A stretch of 64,000 bases of DNA, from the IMG/VR virus record IMGVR_UViG_3300021256_000087, positions 19,477-83,476 of that record, one strand, 5' to 3'. Source of the DNA: a virus (Duplodnaviria; Caudoviricetes). The notes under the pieces are model-generated. The model worked only from the letters and a program-made list of their open reading frames with translations, searched no databases and was not told the DNA's origin. Every line of letters begins with the position of its first letter. The first letter of the stretch is position 1. The position numbers and the translations under genes were made by a program. Positions 43,073-53,290 of this stretch are shown here, in pieces.

Positions 43073-45250
43073 TTATGTGTTCGCATTTTTATTAAAATTA
43101 AATATTCTAACTTTTCCAGTAGGATTATGCGACTCTAAATCCATATCATTTACAGTTAATCTTATCGCAGTAGGAGAAGCTGAGACATCATGATTATAGT
43201 CATCTTTATATTGATCTTCTGCTCCAATAGCTCCAATATAACTATCTCCGTTATACATTAAACATCCCTTATAGTTATATGCCGCTTCTCCGATACAAGT
43301 CGTAGCAATTGTATGCATAACAGGAGCTTCAATAAGATTAGAAAACCACGTATGAGAAGTAGGATCTTCGGTTATTAGTCCGGTATTAGTATCTAATACT
43401 CCGGCAGTCCACGACGTAACATTGCTAGTAAGGTCTGTTCCACCTGATAAAATAGTAAGGGTAGAATATACTTTAGCAGGATCATATAAATGTATATTTA
43501 TAGAATAAGTATCAGGAGGTGTTATTATAACGTCTCCGTTATAAGGGGTTCTCCCTTTATATCCCAGACTGTTGCCAGATGCATCATACATAAATACATC
43601 TACTTCTTGTAAGCTACTTTCAGAATTAAATTCTGGTAAATGTATAGCAGATCCAACAGAATGCAGAGCAGATACTGAACCGCCCGGCATTTCTGACCAA
43701 CCTCCATTATCAATCAACTCCTCAACTTTGGTTGAATATTCGTCTTGAGACACATCTACGGTGGCTGCACATATAGCAGTCTGAGATCCACATCTAATGT
43801 TTATATTGGCTGTCCCATTTGTTATTGGAGTTACCACCCCGTAATCACTAATTTGAATAATAGAGTTATTACTTGAACTATAAAAAACTCTATCGGTAGT
43901 ATCGGCTGGAGTTAGTGTCATAGATAAAGAGAATGGCTCTAAATCACTAATTGTAAGTGTTGCGGGTATGTCAATAGATGTACATGCAACCCGCTCTTTG
44001 AGTTGTGAAAATTTCTCATCTACATATGTTTGTCTATTATAAATATAATCTTCTATTTGCCATACGTTATTGCCAGTAGCGTTGGGTATATCAGGATAAA
44101 TGACGACATCTCTGTCATATAATTCAAGACCAATCAAATCATTAAATTCCTCAGATTTAATGACTAAATTTTCCATAGTCATTATTGTTTGTCTTAATGC
44201 TTCATATCTCGCCTTTATCCTAAGCGGGAATAAATCCCACACTCTCTCAAAAAGATGATTATATTGCTCTTCATAGTCCTGAGGACAAGCATAATTATAT
44301 GGAACGATATATCTTCCAGAATAAAAATTTCCGTAAGTGCTATCTAAATCATATGGCGACAAATACCATTTAGTGCCATCATATGTCAACATTATCATAT
44401 TCTTTCCAAGATTATCTAATGCATTGAAAAAATATGCGAAGATATAATAATCAATAATATTATCCACATCGAAGTAATTATTAATGTTATTAATAAAATC
44501 AGAATCGGAAGCGTTAATAACAAATCCAATTGCGTTATTAACTGATGTAACTATAGCGGGAGTATTGGTACCAGCTTCGACACTCCACTCTTCTCCGTCT
44601 ACTCCCGTCCAAAGTGATTTAAAATTACATGCAGTAGCAACGGTTTGGCTATGAGAATTTACTTCAGCACAAAGAGCCACATGATTTGGATTGTCGGGAT
44701 CCATGTTGAACATCCAAGAATCCTTGGGAATGTTCCATGTATATATTCCTTCATAATGTCCGTTTGCATATAATTTAAATGGATATCCATCTACGGCCCC
44801 ATGATTATAGGCAGCTTTCATTTCCTCAGGGAGACTATCATAATCGGATCTACTTTCGACGATTTGTTTCCAAATTCGACCTGATATAATATTACGCATA
44901 TGAGAGTGATCAATATAGTTTGCCTTCAAGCAGTATTTTGAATGCTCTCCCCAGCCTTTCTTAAACTCGTGATTATATTCCTGAGTTCTTTCTGAATCTG
45001 AATATAATTTAATGGTATAATTTTTTTTCGGATATCCCATGGATGAAGTACCTTGACATTTTATTTTTCCATACAACTTCGTCTTAATACCATCCTGTTC
45101 ATATTCACATTCACAGTTGACATTGTCCTTAGTCGTCGGCATTGCTGCTGCAGTAACGAACAATCTCGGTAATGATTGAGGCCCACTAGGAGGGATTGGA
45201 CTACCAGAATTTTTACCATAGGCTACGCCTTTTTTATAAATAACTCCCAT
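43073..45250 (-). CDS. CotH-family kinase domain protein with Ig-like (Big_2) domain
   Basis: KCQGTSSMGYPKKNY, CLKANYID, LYANGHYEGIY, DNLGKNM, KWYLSPYDLDSTYG; followed by TLTPADTTDRVFYSSSNNSIIQISDYGVVT. Confidence 0.8.
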   Translation of the reverse strand: MGVIYKKGVAYGKNSGSPIPPSGPQSLPRLFVTAAAMPTTKDNVNCECEYEQDGIKTKLYGKIKCQGTSSMGYPKKNYTIKLYSDSERTQEYNHEFKKGWGEHSKYCLKANYIDHSHMRNIISGRIWKQIVESRSDYDSLPEEMKAAYNHGAVDGYPFKLYANGHYEGIYTWNIPKDSWMFNMDPDNPNHVALCAEVNSHSQTVATACNFKSLWTGVDGEEWSVEAGTNTPAIVTSVNNAIGFVINASDSDFINNINNYFDVDNIIDYYIFAYFFNALDNLGKNMIMLTYDGTKWYLSPYDLDSTYGNFYSGRYIVPYNYACPQDYEEQYNHLFERVWDLFPLRIKARYEALRQTIMTMENLVIKSEEFNDLIGLELYDRDVVIYPDIPNATGNNVWQIEDYIYNRQTYVDEKFSQLKERVACTSIDIPATLTISDLEPFSLSMTLTPADTTDRVFYSSSNNSIIQISDYGVVTPITNGTANINIRCGSQTAICAATVDVSQDEYSTKVEELIDNGGWSEMPGGSVSALHSVGSAIHLPEFNSESSLQEVDVFMYDASGNSLGYKGRTPYNGDVIITPPDTYSINIHLYDPAKVYSTLTILSGGTDLTSNVTSWTAGVLDTNTGLITEDPTSHTWFSNLIEAPVMHTIATTCIGEAAYNYKGCLMYNGDSYIGAIGAEDQYKDDYNHDVSASPTAIRLTVNDMDLESHNPTGKVRIFNFNKNANT

Positions 45251-45349
45251 CTATGTCTCCTTTCTATATATTTTTTAAAAATTATTATCTCACCGAGATC
45301 ACTCACTAAGATAATAATTCCTATCTCCAAAATAGAGATAAAAGAAAAC

Positions 45350-45375
45350 AACACGGAGTTTTAAGGCTCCGTGTT
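45350..45375 (-). terminator. intrinsic terminator
   Basis: AACACGGAG-CCTTAAAA-CTCCGTGTT followed by GTTTTCTTTT. Confidence 0.65.
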
Positions 45376-45383
45376 GAAAATTG

Positions 45384-45842
45384 TTATCCAATATACATCG
45401 TAAAGGTGTATGCTTCTCCGGACTTAATGGTGACAGGAGAAATTACATCTCGAGCAATTATAGACTTACGCCTAGCATTTCCCGGATACTCAGCATAACC
45501 CATTATTGCTACTTCAGATACGGTAATATCTTCATCTGTATCATTTCTGTAGGTCTTTACAAATATGCCTATGTAATTTTCATGATAATCACCATTATTT
45601 GTAGTATTAGTTCCACTATATGTAATAGTTGTTAATCCAGCATCGATATCCGTAATAGAATAGTCGTTAGCTGTCGGCTCATTATTTCCAGTTCCAACAT
45701 ACAACTGTAAAGTAGCGCAAAAAGTTTGTATATAGGAACCGCTATAACCTATGTCAGTTCCATTTACATCTTTCATAGTGATCTGGCCATAGCTCCCGTT
45801 ATTAGGTATTCTTAATAAAGCCTTTCCATTAGCAAGTAACAT
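45384..45842 (-). CDS. hypothetical beta-rich virion protein
   Basis: LYVGTGNNEPTANDY...EVAIMG...ARDVISPVTIKSGEAYTFTMYI resembles fibre-anchor domains. Confidence 0.5.
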   Translation of the reverse strand: MLLANGKALLRIPNNGSYGQITMKDVNGTDIGYSGSYIQTFCATLQLYVGTGNNEPTANDYSITDIDAGLTTITYSGTNTTNNGDYHENYIGIFVKTYRNDTDEDITVSEVAIMGYAEYPGNARRKSIIARDVISPVTIKSGEAYTFTMYIG

Positions 45843-45845
45843 GAT

Positions 45846-45986
45846 TTAATCCTCCTCTTTCTCAACAGTCGTAATTGTATCAATACCATTGTTATCGGAC
45901 ATCGATGTAACTGTTACATTGGTTATGGAGCCTCCCTTGGATTTCTTCATTTTTTGTTTCATAAGAATATATGTTATAATGTCCAC
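45846..45986 (-). CDS. small protein (46 aa, GTG start, not in ORF track)
   Basis: GGGGAAGG RBS; MDIITYILMKQKMKKSKGGSITNVTVT...; N-terminus resembles 42743-43030. Confidence 0.55.
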   Translation of the reverse strand: MDIITYILMKQKMKKSKGGSITNVTVTSMSDNNGIDTITTVEKEED

Positions 45987-46111
45987 GATTCCTTCCCCTT
46001 TCTATTGTCCGTATAAAAATATTATTCCTCCTATCGAGAAATAATAAAGAAAATAACACTAAGTTTTGAGGCTTAGTGTTACTGTAAAAATCATAAATTG
46101 TTAATTTAATT

Positions 46112-46333
46112 TTATTCTTCAATAACCGGAGTATGTGAAATTACTTCCTTGTACCCATCTGCTACATCCAGTTTCTCATTTGTAATCATTACAGTTGCAG
46201 TGATAACATCAGGTTCATTCCAAAGAGTCTGGCAAAGTCCATGAAACTGTGCCTTTGCAGAGTCAATAGATGTGATACCTTCGGAATGAATAAAGTAATT
46301 TCCATTAATAACTTTAATAATAGCAAATTTCAT
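46112..46333 (-). CDS. small fibre-associated protein
   Basis: Directly after the fibre gene; AGGAG RBS. Confidence 0.6.
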   Translation of the reverse strand: MKFAIIKVINGNYFIHSEGITSIDSAKAQFHGLCQTLWNEPDVITATVMITNEKLDVADGYKEVISHTPVIEE

Positions 46334-46334
46334 T

Positions 46335-49300
46335 TTATTCTCCTGTTTGTAATTCTTTTATTTGAACTTTCAAATCATCAATTTCTTTTTGCTGCATCTG
46401 AATCATCTTAATGAGATGAGGTACAAACTTATCATAGCTAACTCCGCTTGGAATGTTATAATCAATGGTGTGATCATCATTTATTTGATAGCTTACAACG
46501 CTTGGAATGATCTCGTTGATTTCTTCTGCAATCACACCAAACTTTCCTTTTCGTTCGTCTCCATCTCCAAAACCGGCTCCTTGTTTGTAGTCAAAGGAAA
46601 CTACATTCACTTCAAGCAATTTTTGAGCCTCTTCTTCGGTTATAGGCTTAATGTTTTCTTTTATTTTTCTTGATGAATTATTCTGAGGTGTAAACGTCGT
46701 ACCCGCTATACCAGTCCAAGCATTATCTGCGAAATTCCTGCACTGTATTCCGGGTGAGCACAAATTTAAAAACGCCGAGCCTCTTACAAAAGTCGTTGCG
46801 CTACTTGCATCACCACCGCTATTAATAAAAGAACCTGAATTACGGAAATATAGAGGCCCAGTCATTGTACCACCAGTTAATCCAAGAACTTTATCCTCTA
46901 ACGCTAGTCTTGTTTGCATCGAAGATTTTCCATCAGATGAATAAGCACGGTAATTCGGCCCATATCCTATGCTAGTACTGTCAAGCGTATCATACATCCA
47001 TATCCTAGATTTTTCATTACCATTTCCATATCTAAATACTATATCTGCGGAATCATTAGAACTAGTATTAGGAGTCATCAATGCTAGTTCTCCACCTCTT
47101 ACTACCATACTGTCACTAGCAATAGTACCAGAAGACGGATTGTATGTTAACTTAGTTGATTTTCTGGCGCCTTCAGTACGAGTAGTATCATCTGCTGTGG
47201 CTGAGAATAGAACCCTATAATCACCACTACCACTGGTGGTCGTATTTGTCTGAGTTACAGCATTGTTGGTATTCGAATCATAGTCATTAAGTACTCTAAA
47301 TATACCGGTAACACTCGAAGTAGTATCGCCACCGGCTTTAGGATAGCAAGTACATTTACCAGCACTCTCATATGTAACAGCAATTACTGTATCCTTTGCG
47401 TAATGAGTAGTGAAACGTCCTGTACCACTAGAAACTGCAACAGGATAGTAGTTTGTCCCATTATTCAAAGACAACCAGACGCCATAAGTACCACCAGCAA
47501 CAGGAATCTTAATTAGATAAACCTCGCCATTGGCAACGGTTACTCCGCTATTGAATGTCCAAAGCGACGGAATATATCTTGGCGATACTCCAGATCCCTT
47601 GTCAGATCCTGCTGTGCCAGTTCCCGTCAATGCTATCAATGCTTTAGATGAAAGTTTATTTGCAGTAAGCGTTCCGCTTGTTGCGTAAACTTGATCATCT
47701 GAATACGTTTGAGGATTAGCCGCTTGTGAAGTTGCACCAATCAAGAATATCTTTGATGAGGTATTAGTTGAACCGGCAGTGTTCTTTGTATCGTTATCTG
47801 TAGCTGCAATAGTAACAGTCCCACTTGAATTAGTAACTGATACATTACTTCCAGCTTTGAGATTAAGTGCAGTAGTATTATTACCAAGTATTTCTGTACC
47901 ATTTACTTGAATAGGTCTATGAGTGTTGGTGTCAGAAGTAGGCGGTGTGTAACCTAATGCTCCTGTAACATTTGCTTTTGTCAAACTAAATGTTGTACCG
48001 CTTAATGTAATATTTGAACCAGCACTGTAAGTAGTATCTGTAAATTTAGGGCTGTTACCAACAGCAACACCATTAATATTCGTGAAATATCCATCAGCCC
48101 ATTTATGAGATGATGATCCTATACTTCCACTATTATTTGCGGCAGCGTCTGCTTTTTCAGGAAGAACATTACCACTATTGTCGATCATAAGACCGAGTCT
48201 ATTGGCTATGGTTTGACCATTTGCTTGTATGTGAACATAGTTGTCAGAAGTCAGATACAATGTTTCACCAGTGTTATGTTCATATAGTTTATAATGATTC
48301 AAAGGCCCTTCACCAGAACCTATAAACATATTTCCTGCCGGATATATTACCATATTAGAACCACTAGCACCACCATCGTAAGCAGATATTGTTCCATTCG
48401 AATTGACACTATTCGTCGAATCTACAGCTCTAAGAGTAAGTGTTGCTGGATAATTATTATCATGAGTCCCAGTTCTCTGTATGGTAAGATTGCCCGTCAT
48501 CGTATCTCCGGACTTATTGACCTTGCCGGAGATATCCTGATGCGCCGTTAAAACTTTAGTGCCTCCAGAATACAGACATCCATCAGTTCCTACATATGCA
48601 GTATCCTGAGAATATGTCTGCGGATTGGCAGCTTGACTCGTAGCGCCGATTAAAAATATCTTCGATGAGGTATTTGTAGACCCCGCTGTGTTCTTTGTAT
48701 CATTATCAGTAAACTTAGGAGAACTACCAACGGCTACCCCATTGATGTTAGTGATGTAAGCATTGTTAAAATATTTTGCAGTTGTTCCTAGATCAGCTCC
48801 ATTATTTTCTTCAGGATAAATACTACCATATACTGAACTGCCATCTCTTGGAACAAATGTTTCTCTTAATCCAGCGCTACCATAATTATAAATACCCATT
48901 TGAGCTATTCTAAATTGAGTACTATTCCAAGAACTAAAAGTAAATCTTACTTTATTAAATCCTCCGCCAGAACCACTAGCTCCTACTGGTGTATGTGAAG
49001 TCCTAACATAACAATGCCCCAAATCATTGTCGGTATTGTTATATTTTTGAGTCCATACATCTTGAGCATAATTACTGTTCATTACCTCTATTTTTACATT
49101 CTTTGCTCTCCAACCAGCCGATCCGAAATCTACATATATAGTATTAGTATACGTAAATACTTTATGAAGTGTAAGCTCTATTACTATAGTTGTTACATTA
49201 GTTGGGGTCACAGACCAATATGAGGGAGAGGCATCAAAACAGTTAGTAAGATTAACTGACTGAGTAGTGCCATCATATTTGACTACTGTCGAACCACCAC

Positions 49301-50150
49301 GTTTAAGCAAATACGCAATATCATTATTCATGAATGGTATTAATGTCGGATTATTTTCAGGATGAATATTTAAATATCCACCTGTCAAGTAGTCAGCACT
49401 ATGATTAGCGATGCTAATCGTTCCTGACGAGGTTATTGTTCCACCAGTAAGACCAGTTCCTGTCGCAACAGAAGTGACTGTTCCAGTATTAGTCGTATAC
49501 CCACTATCATTCGTTAACTCACTGACCTTTGTGGGAACAGTAATATTAGCAGTTACATTACTCGATGCGTTTGCCGTAAATGTCTTAACAGTGGTTCCGT
49601 TCTTCTGAATTGTAAGAGTAGCGTTATTAACCGTAGGAATAGTCGGCTTATTCAATATTTGAGCAACACCACTCGTAGCATTCCAATCAGAATTAACCTG
49701 TGCCGCAGGAATGGTTGGCTTATTGCTTAAGTCATTATATGACCCAGTAAATGCAACAGTCTTGAGATCTGCAAAAAACTTCTTTATCTTACCAAGAATA
49801 GTAGCAAAAGTCTCACCGCTTGCTATATTAGCCCTTGACGAAGCTTCCGTAAAAGTAGGACTGTCAGCAACAAAATTACTGTCATTCGTCAGCTCGCTAA
49901 CTTTCACAGGAACAGTAATATTGGCAGTAGCTGCTGCACTCTGGTTCGCTGTAAATGTAGCGACCGTCGTTCCATTCTTCTGTATTGTTAGCTTGCCATT
50001 ATTGACCGTTGGAATCACCGCTGATCCAACTATCTGTTCACCACTCTTGTCGTGAGCGGTAACACCTTCTAACATAGTATCAGAGGTGACAGTATCTTCG
50101 GTCAAATCCATGACCGTCGTATCACCAAACACTACTTTATTAACAGCCAT
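46335..50150 (-). CDS. tail fibre/spike with C-terminal intramolecular chaperone (peptidase S74-type)
   Basis: SSRKIKENIKPI...FGVIAEEI...VSYDKFVPHLIKMIQMQQKEIDDLK; Thr/Ser/Gly-rich internal repeats. Confidence 0.85.
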   Translation of the reverse strand: MAVNKVVFGDTTVMDLTEDTVTSDTMLEGVTAHDKSGEQIVGSAVIPTVNNGKLTIQKNGTTVATFTANQSAAATANITVPVKVSELTNDSNFVADSPTFTEASSRANIASGETFATILGKIKKFFADLKTVAFTGSYNDLSNKPTIPAAQVNSDWNATSGVAQILNKPTIPTVNNATLTIQKNGTTVKTFTANASSNVTANITVPTKVSELTNDSGYTTNTGTVTSVATGTGLTGGTITSSGTISIANHSADYLTGGYLNIHPENNPTLIPFMNNDIAYLLKRGGSTVVKYDGTTQSVNLTNCFDASPSYWSVTPTNVTTIVIELTLHKVFTYTNTIYVDFGSAGWRAKNVKIEVMNSNYAQDVWTQKYNNTDNDLGHCYVRTSHTPVGASGSGGGFNKVRFTFSSWNSTQFRIAQMGIYNYGSAGLRETFVPRDGSSVYGSIYPEENNGADLGTTAKYFNNAYITNINGVAVGSSPKFTDNDTKNTAGSTNTSSKIFLIGATSQAANPQTYSQDTAYVGTDGCLYSGGTKVLTAHQDISGKVNKSGDTMTGNLTIQRTGTHDNNYPATLTLRAVDSTNSVNSNGTISAYDGGASGSNMVIYPAGNMFIGSGEGPLNHYKLYEHNTGETLYLTSDNYVHIQANGQTIANRLGLMIDNSGNVLPEKADAAANNSGSIGSSSHKWADGYFTNINGVAVGNSPKFTDTTYSAGSNITLSGTTFSLTKANVTGALGYTPPTSDTNTHRPIQVNGTEILGNNTTALNLKAGSNVSVTNSSGTVTIAATDNDTKNTAGSTNTSSKIFLIGATSQAANPQTYSDDQVYATSGTLTANKLSSKALIALTGTGTAGSDKGSGVSPRYIPSLWTFNSGVTVANGEVYLIKIPVAGGTYGVWLSLNNGTNYYPVAVSSGTGRFTTHYAKDTVIAVTYESAGKCTCYPKAGGDTTSSVTGIFRVLNDYDSNTNNAVTQTNTTTSGSGDYRVLFSATADDTTRTEGARKSTKLTYNPSSGTIASDSMVVRGGELALMTPNTSSNDSADIVFRYGNGNEKSRIWMYDTLDSTSIGYGPNYRAYSSDGKSSMQTRLALEDKVLGLTGGTMTGPLYFRNSGSFINSGGDASSATTFVRGSAFLNLCSPGIQCRNFADNAWTGIAGTTFTPQNNSSRKIKENIKPITEEEAQKLLEVNVVSFDYKQGAGFGDGDERKGKFGVIAEEINEIIPSVVSYQINDDHTIDYNIPSGVSYDKFVPHLIKMIQMQQKEIDDLKVQIKELQTGE

Positions 50151-50174
50151 GTTATCCCCTTTCTTCAAATATCA

Positions 50175-50759
50175 TTAAGGTGCCACAGTTCCAATCGTGG
50201 CAGTCACTCCTCCGGCAGCGTTCGGCGTCTCAACATATGCTATAGCAGCGATATCAACCTCAGCCAAATAATCATATCCCGCATCAGGAAGAATGGTCTG
50301 CGCTGTGGTGTACGGCGTTGCAGATTTTGTCTGAGCAGTCACGCCTTCACCAGTATAGGTACCAGTTACACCGAGGATTTGCACGCCCGCCTTAATGTTG
50401 CCTTCAATAATTTTTGCTTGTTCTGTTGTATCTATCTTTACCTTACCAGAGCCGTCATGATAGCCCTGAGGGACAGAATATTCTTGTGCTTTGGTTGTAA
50501 TTGTTCCCGATACACTTCCATTATTGGGCATTGTACCGGTGAGTAAGGTACCTCTCGCATGTGCTGTCTTGCCACTGAGAATCTCTCCGACAAGCGCAGT
50601 GTCTTCAGATGTATCACTATCTTTCGTACTGGTACCAGTGATTATCGCTCCGCTCGCATCATGTGCAGTAACTCCGCTCGCTAAATCCGAGGGGGTTATT
50701 GTGTCGGCGGTAAGATCGATAAGTGTATCATTTCCATATATGACTTTATTAATTGCCAT
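50175..50759 (-). CDS. fibre-associated protein sharing its N-terminal module with 46335-50150
   Basis: MAINKVIYGNDTLIDLTADT...GVTAHDASG; YSVPQGYHDGSGKV. Confidence 0.6.
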   Translation of the reverse strand: MAINKVIYGNDTLIDLTADTITPSDLASGVTAHDASGAIITGTSTKDSDTSEDTALVGEILSGKTAHARGTLLTGTMPNNGSVSGTITTKAQEYSVPQGYHDGSGKVKIDTTEQAKIIEGNIKAGVQILGVTGTYTGEGVTAQTKSATPYTTAQTILPDAGYDYLAEVDIAAIAYVETPNAAGGVTATIGTVAP

Positions 50760-50763
50760 GATT

Positions 50764-51141
50764 TTATCCTCCGATAATAAAAGTTGTGCCCTTTATATTT
50801 CCTGTTTCGTAGTGCGGAATTTCCGCAACAACTATATTCGAGAGCACAGTTTTCTGATTCGTTCTAATTGTTATTTCATCGTATGGTTTTGGAATAATAT
50901 AAGTTGGCCCATCATAAACAGGGTAATCTCCTCCGCCTCCTCCGCAACCATCTGAAACTTTTAATTTAATAACATCTTCATTCTGTATTTTTACTTTTAT
51001 CGGAAGCCGATCATCAACCTTTAAAGTAATAAGATTTTCATCTTCAATTTTTAGTTTTGTTTTAATTGACTCATCTACTTCAGTTTTGATCGTGTTGTCT
51101 GATCGAATTTTTAATGGGATCTTAATTTCAAGAGGATCCAT
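50764..51141 (-). CDS. hypothetical virion accessory protein
   Basis: YPVYDGPTYIIPK...IVVAEIPHYET motif. Confidence 0.6.
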   Translation of the reverse strand: MDPLEIKIPLKIRSDNTIKTEVDESIKTKLKIEDENLITLKVDDRLPIKVKIQNEDVIKLKVSDGCGGGGGDYPVYDGPTYIIPKPYDEITIRTNQKTVLSNIVVAEIPHYETGNIKGTTFIIGG

Positions 51142-51142
51142 A

Positions 51143-51448
51143 TTAAATCACCCCGTCTTTCAAAATCCTTTCAACATTAATATTCTCTACGGTAGATGCG
51201 TATGCAAGACCTCCGGTAGTCTTAAATCTCACTTGAACACTTGCTGGGCCATTAACAAGAGACAATGTGTCCTCTTGCGTTAATGTCACGGTTATTGTTT
51301 TAGTGGTAGGATCTACACTACTAGAGGTTAAATTTTTTGAAACCTCACCTTTTACTCCTTTGAATGTAACCCAAATCTCATCAAGGTCATCAAGAGGTAG
51401 GTCTGTTTCTAATTGTAAATTCAATGTAGGAGTTGTTCCTCTATACAT
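51143..51448 (-). CDS. BppU N-terminal-like (RGTTP family) protein
   Basis: MYRGTTPTL...VTLTQEDTLSL...VQVRF. Confidence 0.6.
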   Translation of the reverse strand: MYRGTTPTLNLQLETDLPLDDLDEIWVTFKGVKGEVSKNLTSSSVDPTTKTITVTLTQEDTLSLVNGPASVQVRFKTTGGLAYASTVENINVERILKDGVI

Positions 51449-51520
51449 GTTTTCTTCTCCTTTCTAAATTTGGGTTATAGTAATAACAAGATGAGTTGTG
51501 ACGCCCATCTTGTCTAATTA

Positions 51521-53290
51521 TTATTTAAGTATTGAACTTTTTCTCATTGAAGAACTAAGCATGTCAAGTATAGATTTAGTCGCCTCAACATTTTTCTTTT
51601 TTGCGTCTCGACCAATTTCCTGTGCTACATAATACGAATATTCCAAACTAGAGAATCTATCCTTACGCATGCCGGTTTGTTCTTTAAGTTTAATCTTTCC
51701 GTCAACTACTTTGCTTTCGAGATTGATTATCTCGTTAACAAACATGCTCGTCTGCGCATAAGGCATAAGCAGTTCAGCTTGTTCGTTGGGAGAAAGAGAA
51801 GAGTACCACGACTTCTTCTTAAGCACTTCTTCAGCATCATATTCATTTATTAGCAAGGACACGTTGCCAGTTTGTATTCCGGCCCTGAGCATAGTTGCAG
51901 CATCAGAGTTGAATTGTGCGTACGCCTTGATAGTCCACACACATTTAAGTGCTGACTTATCATGACATCTCTCAGCCATCAGCGGATCATTGCAACTCGT
52001 CATGGCTGGATATGTTTCACCGGTCTCAGCATCGAACTGAGGTTGTGCAATATAGTCGAACACGCTAAGGCCCACGCCGTTTGTATCAAGCACAAGGTCT
52101 GTGCACTTATACTTGTTGAAATAGCGCATTATTGTTATGCCAAGTTCATTCGTGGTCTTACCTTCAAATGTTTGTAAAAATACAAAATGAGAAGAGTAGC
52201 CATTGTCCGTTGGCGTGGCTACATTTAGCCACACTGCAGATGCGTCGTTATTATGTCCTTTACTCGCCATGAGCGCAACGTCTACAGAAAGTATTCGACG
52301 TTCATCGGGCGCCAGATCGGGAACATTAATACCACGCTTATCGTACATATGAAGAGGATAGAACGCATTCTTTATAACGCGCCTATCACTCACATCATCA
52401 AACGAAAAGAAAGCATCCTCGGCTTCACCGTAGAAGAGTGCTTCACGTTCCATCAAGAAATTGATAGGATTAAAGTCTGCTTCGGCCATTTCATCTTCAA
52501 TAGCGTCTTTAGAATATATTCCATCTTTAACTCCCACCTGATATGGTAATCCACAGCAGAAATATCTTTTGCTATCATCAAGCATAAGACTGGCATCTGA
52601 TTTACATTTATCAAACACCCAAGAACTTTTATAAAAAGCTGATGTCATATATATTTCTGTATTTCTTTCTTGATACTTTGGATTATCCCTGTACTCAGGA
52701 AGATTTAAATAGGGAGGCTGCCTTAATGAAGTAAGGAATGGCCTCAATATACTTTGTACTATTTTACGATCAACAAGTCTCGACTCATCCACGATAAGAA
52801 TTGTGGCACGGTTACCACGAGCATTTTCACTAGCGGTAACACACTTAATCCATGATCCATTCTTAAATAAGACCATAGGATTATTAATTGATGTACTTAT
52901 CTTTTCAATTTCATTTTGTAAATTAAAACTTCCCCATCCATGTCCTTTAAGGAAGTCCGTATCTATCTTACCTATTATTTCCGTTGCCTGTGACCGCACG
53001 CCGGAAGCTATACACACTTTTGTGCCGGGGTACAAGATACATCTGATAACACAATAAAGCGCTACCAGATAGGTCTTACCTAAGCCACGGCTCGCGATAA
53101 ATGACATCACTGTCATTAAGTTCATCACATACAACAGTATTTTCTGAAACAGTTTAAGTTGAATATTTAGGTAGTCAGCTGCGAAACGATGAGGATTCGC
53201 GCGCCAAAACGCCGTCCAAATGCCAACACCTTCCATCAACTTATCCGTCTTTTCCTGTTGTACTTGAGAAAAGGTTTTATGATTATTCAT
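51521..53290 (-). CDS. terL: terminase large subunit
   Basis: Walker A ASRGLGKT, Walker B LIVDESR, nuclease ILSVDVA, C-terminal KDRFSSL; 589 aa. Confidence 0.92.
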   Translation of the reverse strand: MNNHKTFSQVQQEKTDKLMEGVGIWTAFWRANPHRFAADYLNIQLKLFQKILLYVMNLMTVMSFIASRGLGKTYLVALYCVIRCILYPGTKVCIASGVRSQATEIIGKIDTDFLKGHGWGSFNLQNEIEKISTSINNPMVLFKNGSWIKCVTASENARGNRATILIVDESRLVDRKIVQSILRPFLTSLRQPPYLNLPEYRDNPKYQERNTEIYMTSAFYKSSWVFDKCKSDASLMLDDSKRYFCCGLPYQVGVKDGIYSKDAIEDEMAEADFNPINFLMEREALFYGEAEDAFFSFDDVSDRRVIKNAFYPLHMYDKRGINVPDLAPDERRILSVDVALMASKGHNNDASAVWLNVATPTDNGYSSHFVFLQTFEGKTTNELGITIMRYFNKYKCTDLVLDTNGVGLSVFDYIAQPQFDAETGETYPAMTSCNDPLMAERCHDKSALKCVWTIKAYAQFNSDAATMLRAGIQTGNVSLLINEYDAEEVLKKKSWYSSLSPNEQAELLMPYAQTSMFVNEIINLESKVVDGKIKLKEQTGMRKDRFSSLEYSYYVAQEIGRDAKKKNVEATKSILDMLSSSMRKSSILK

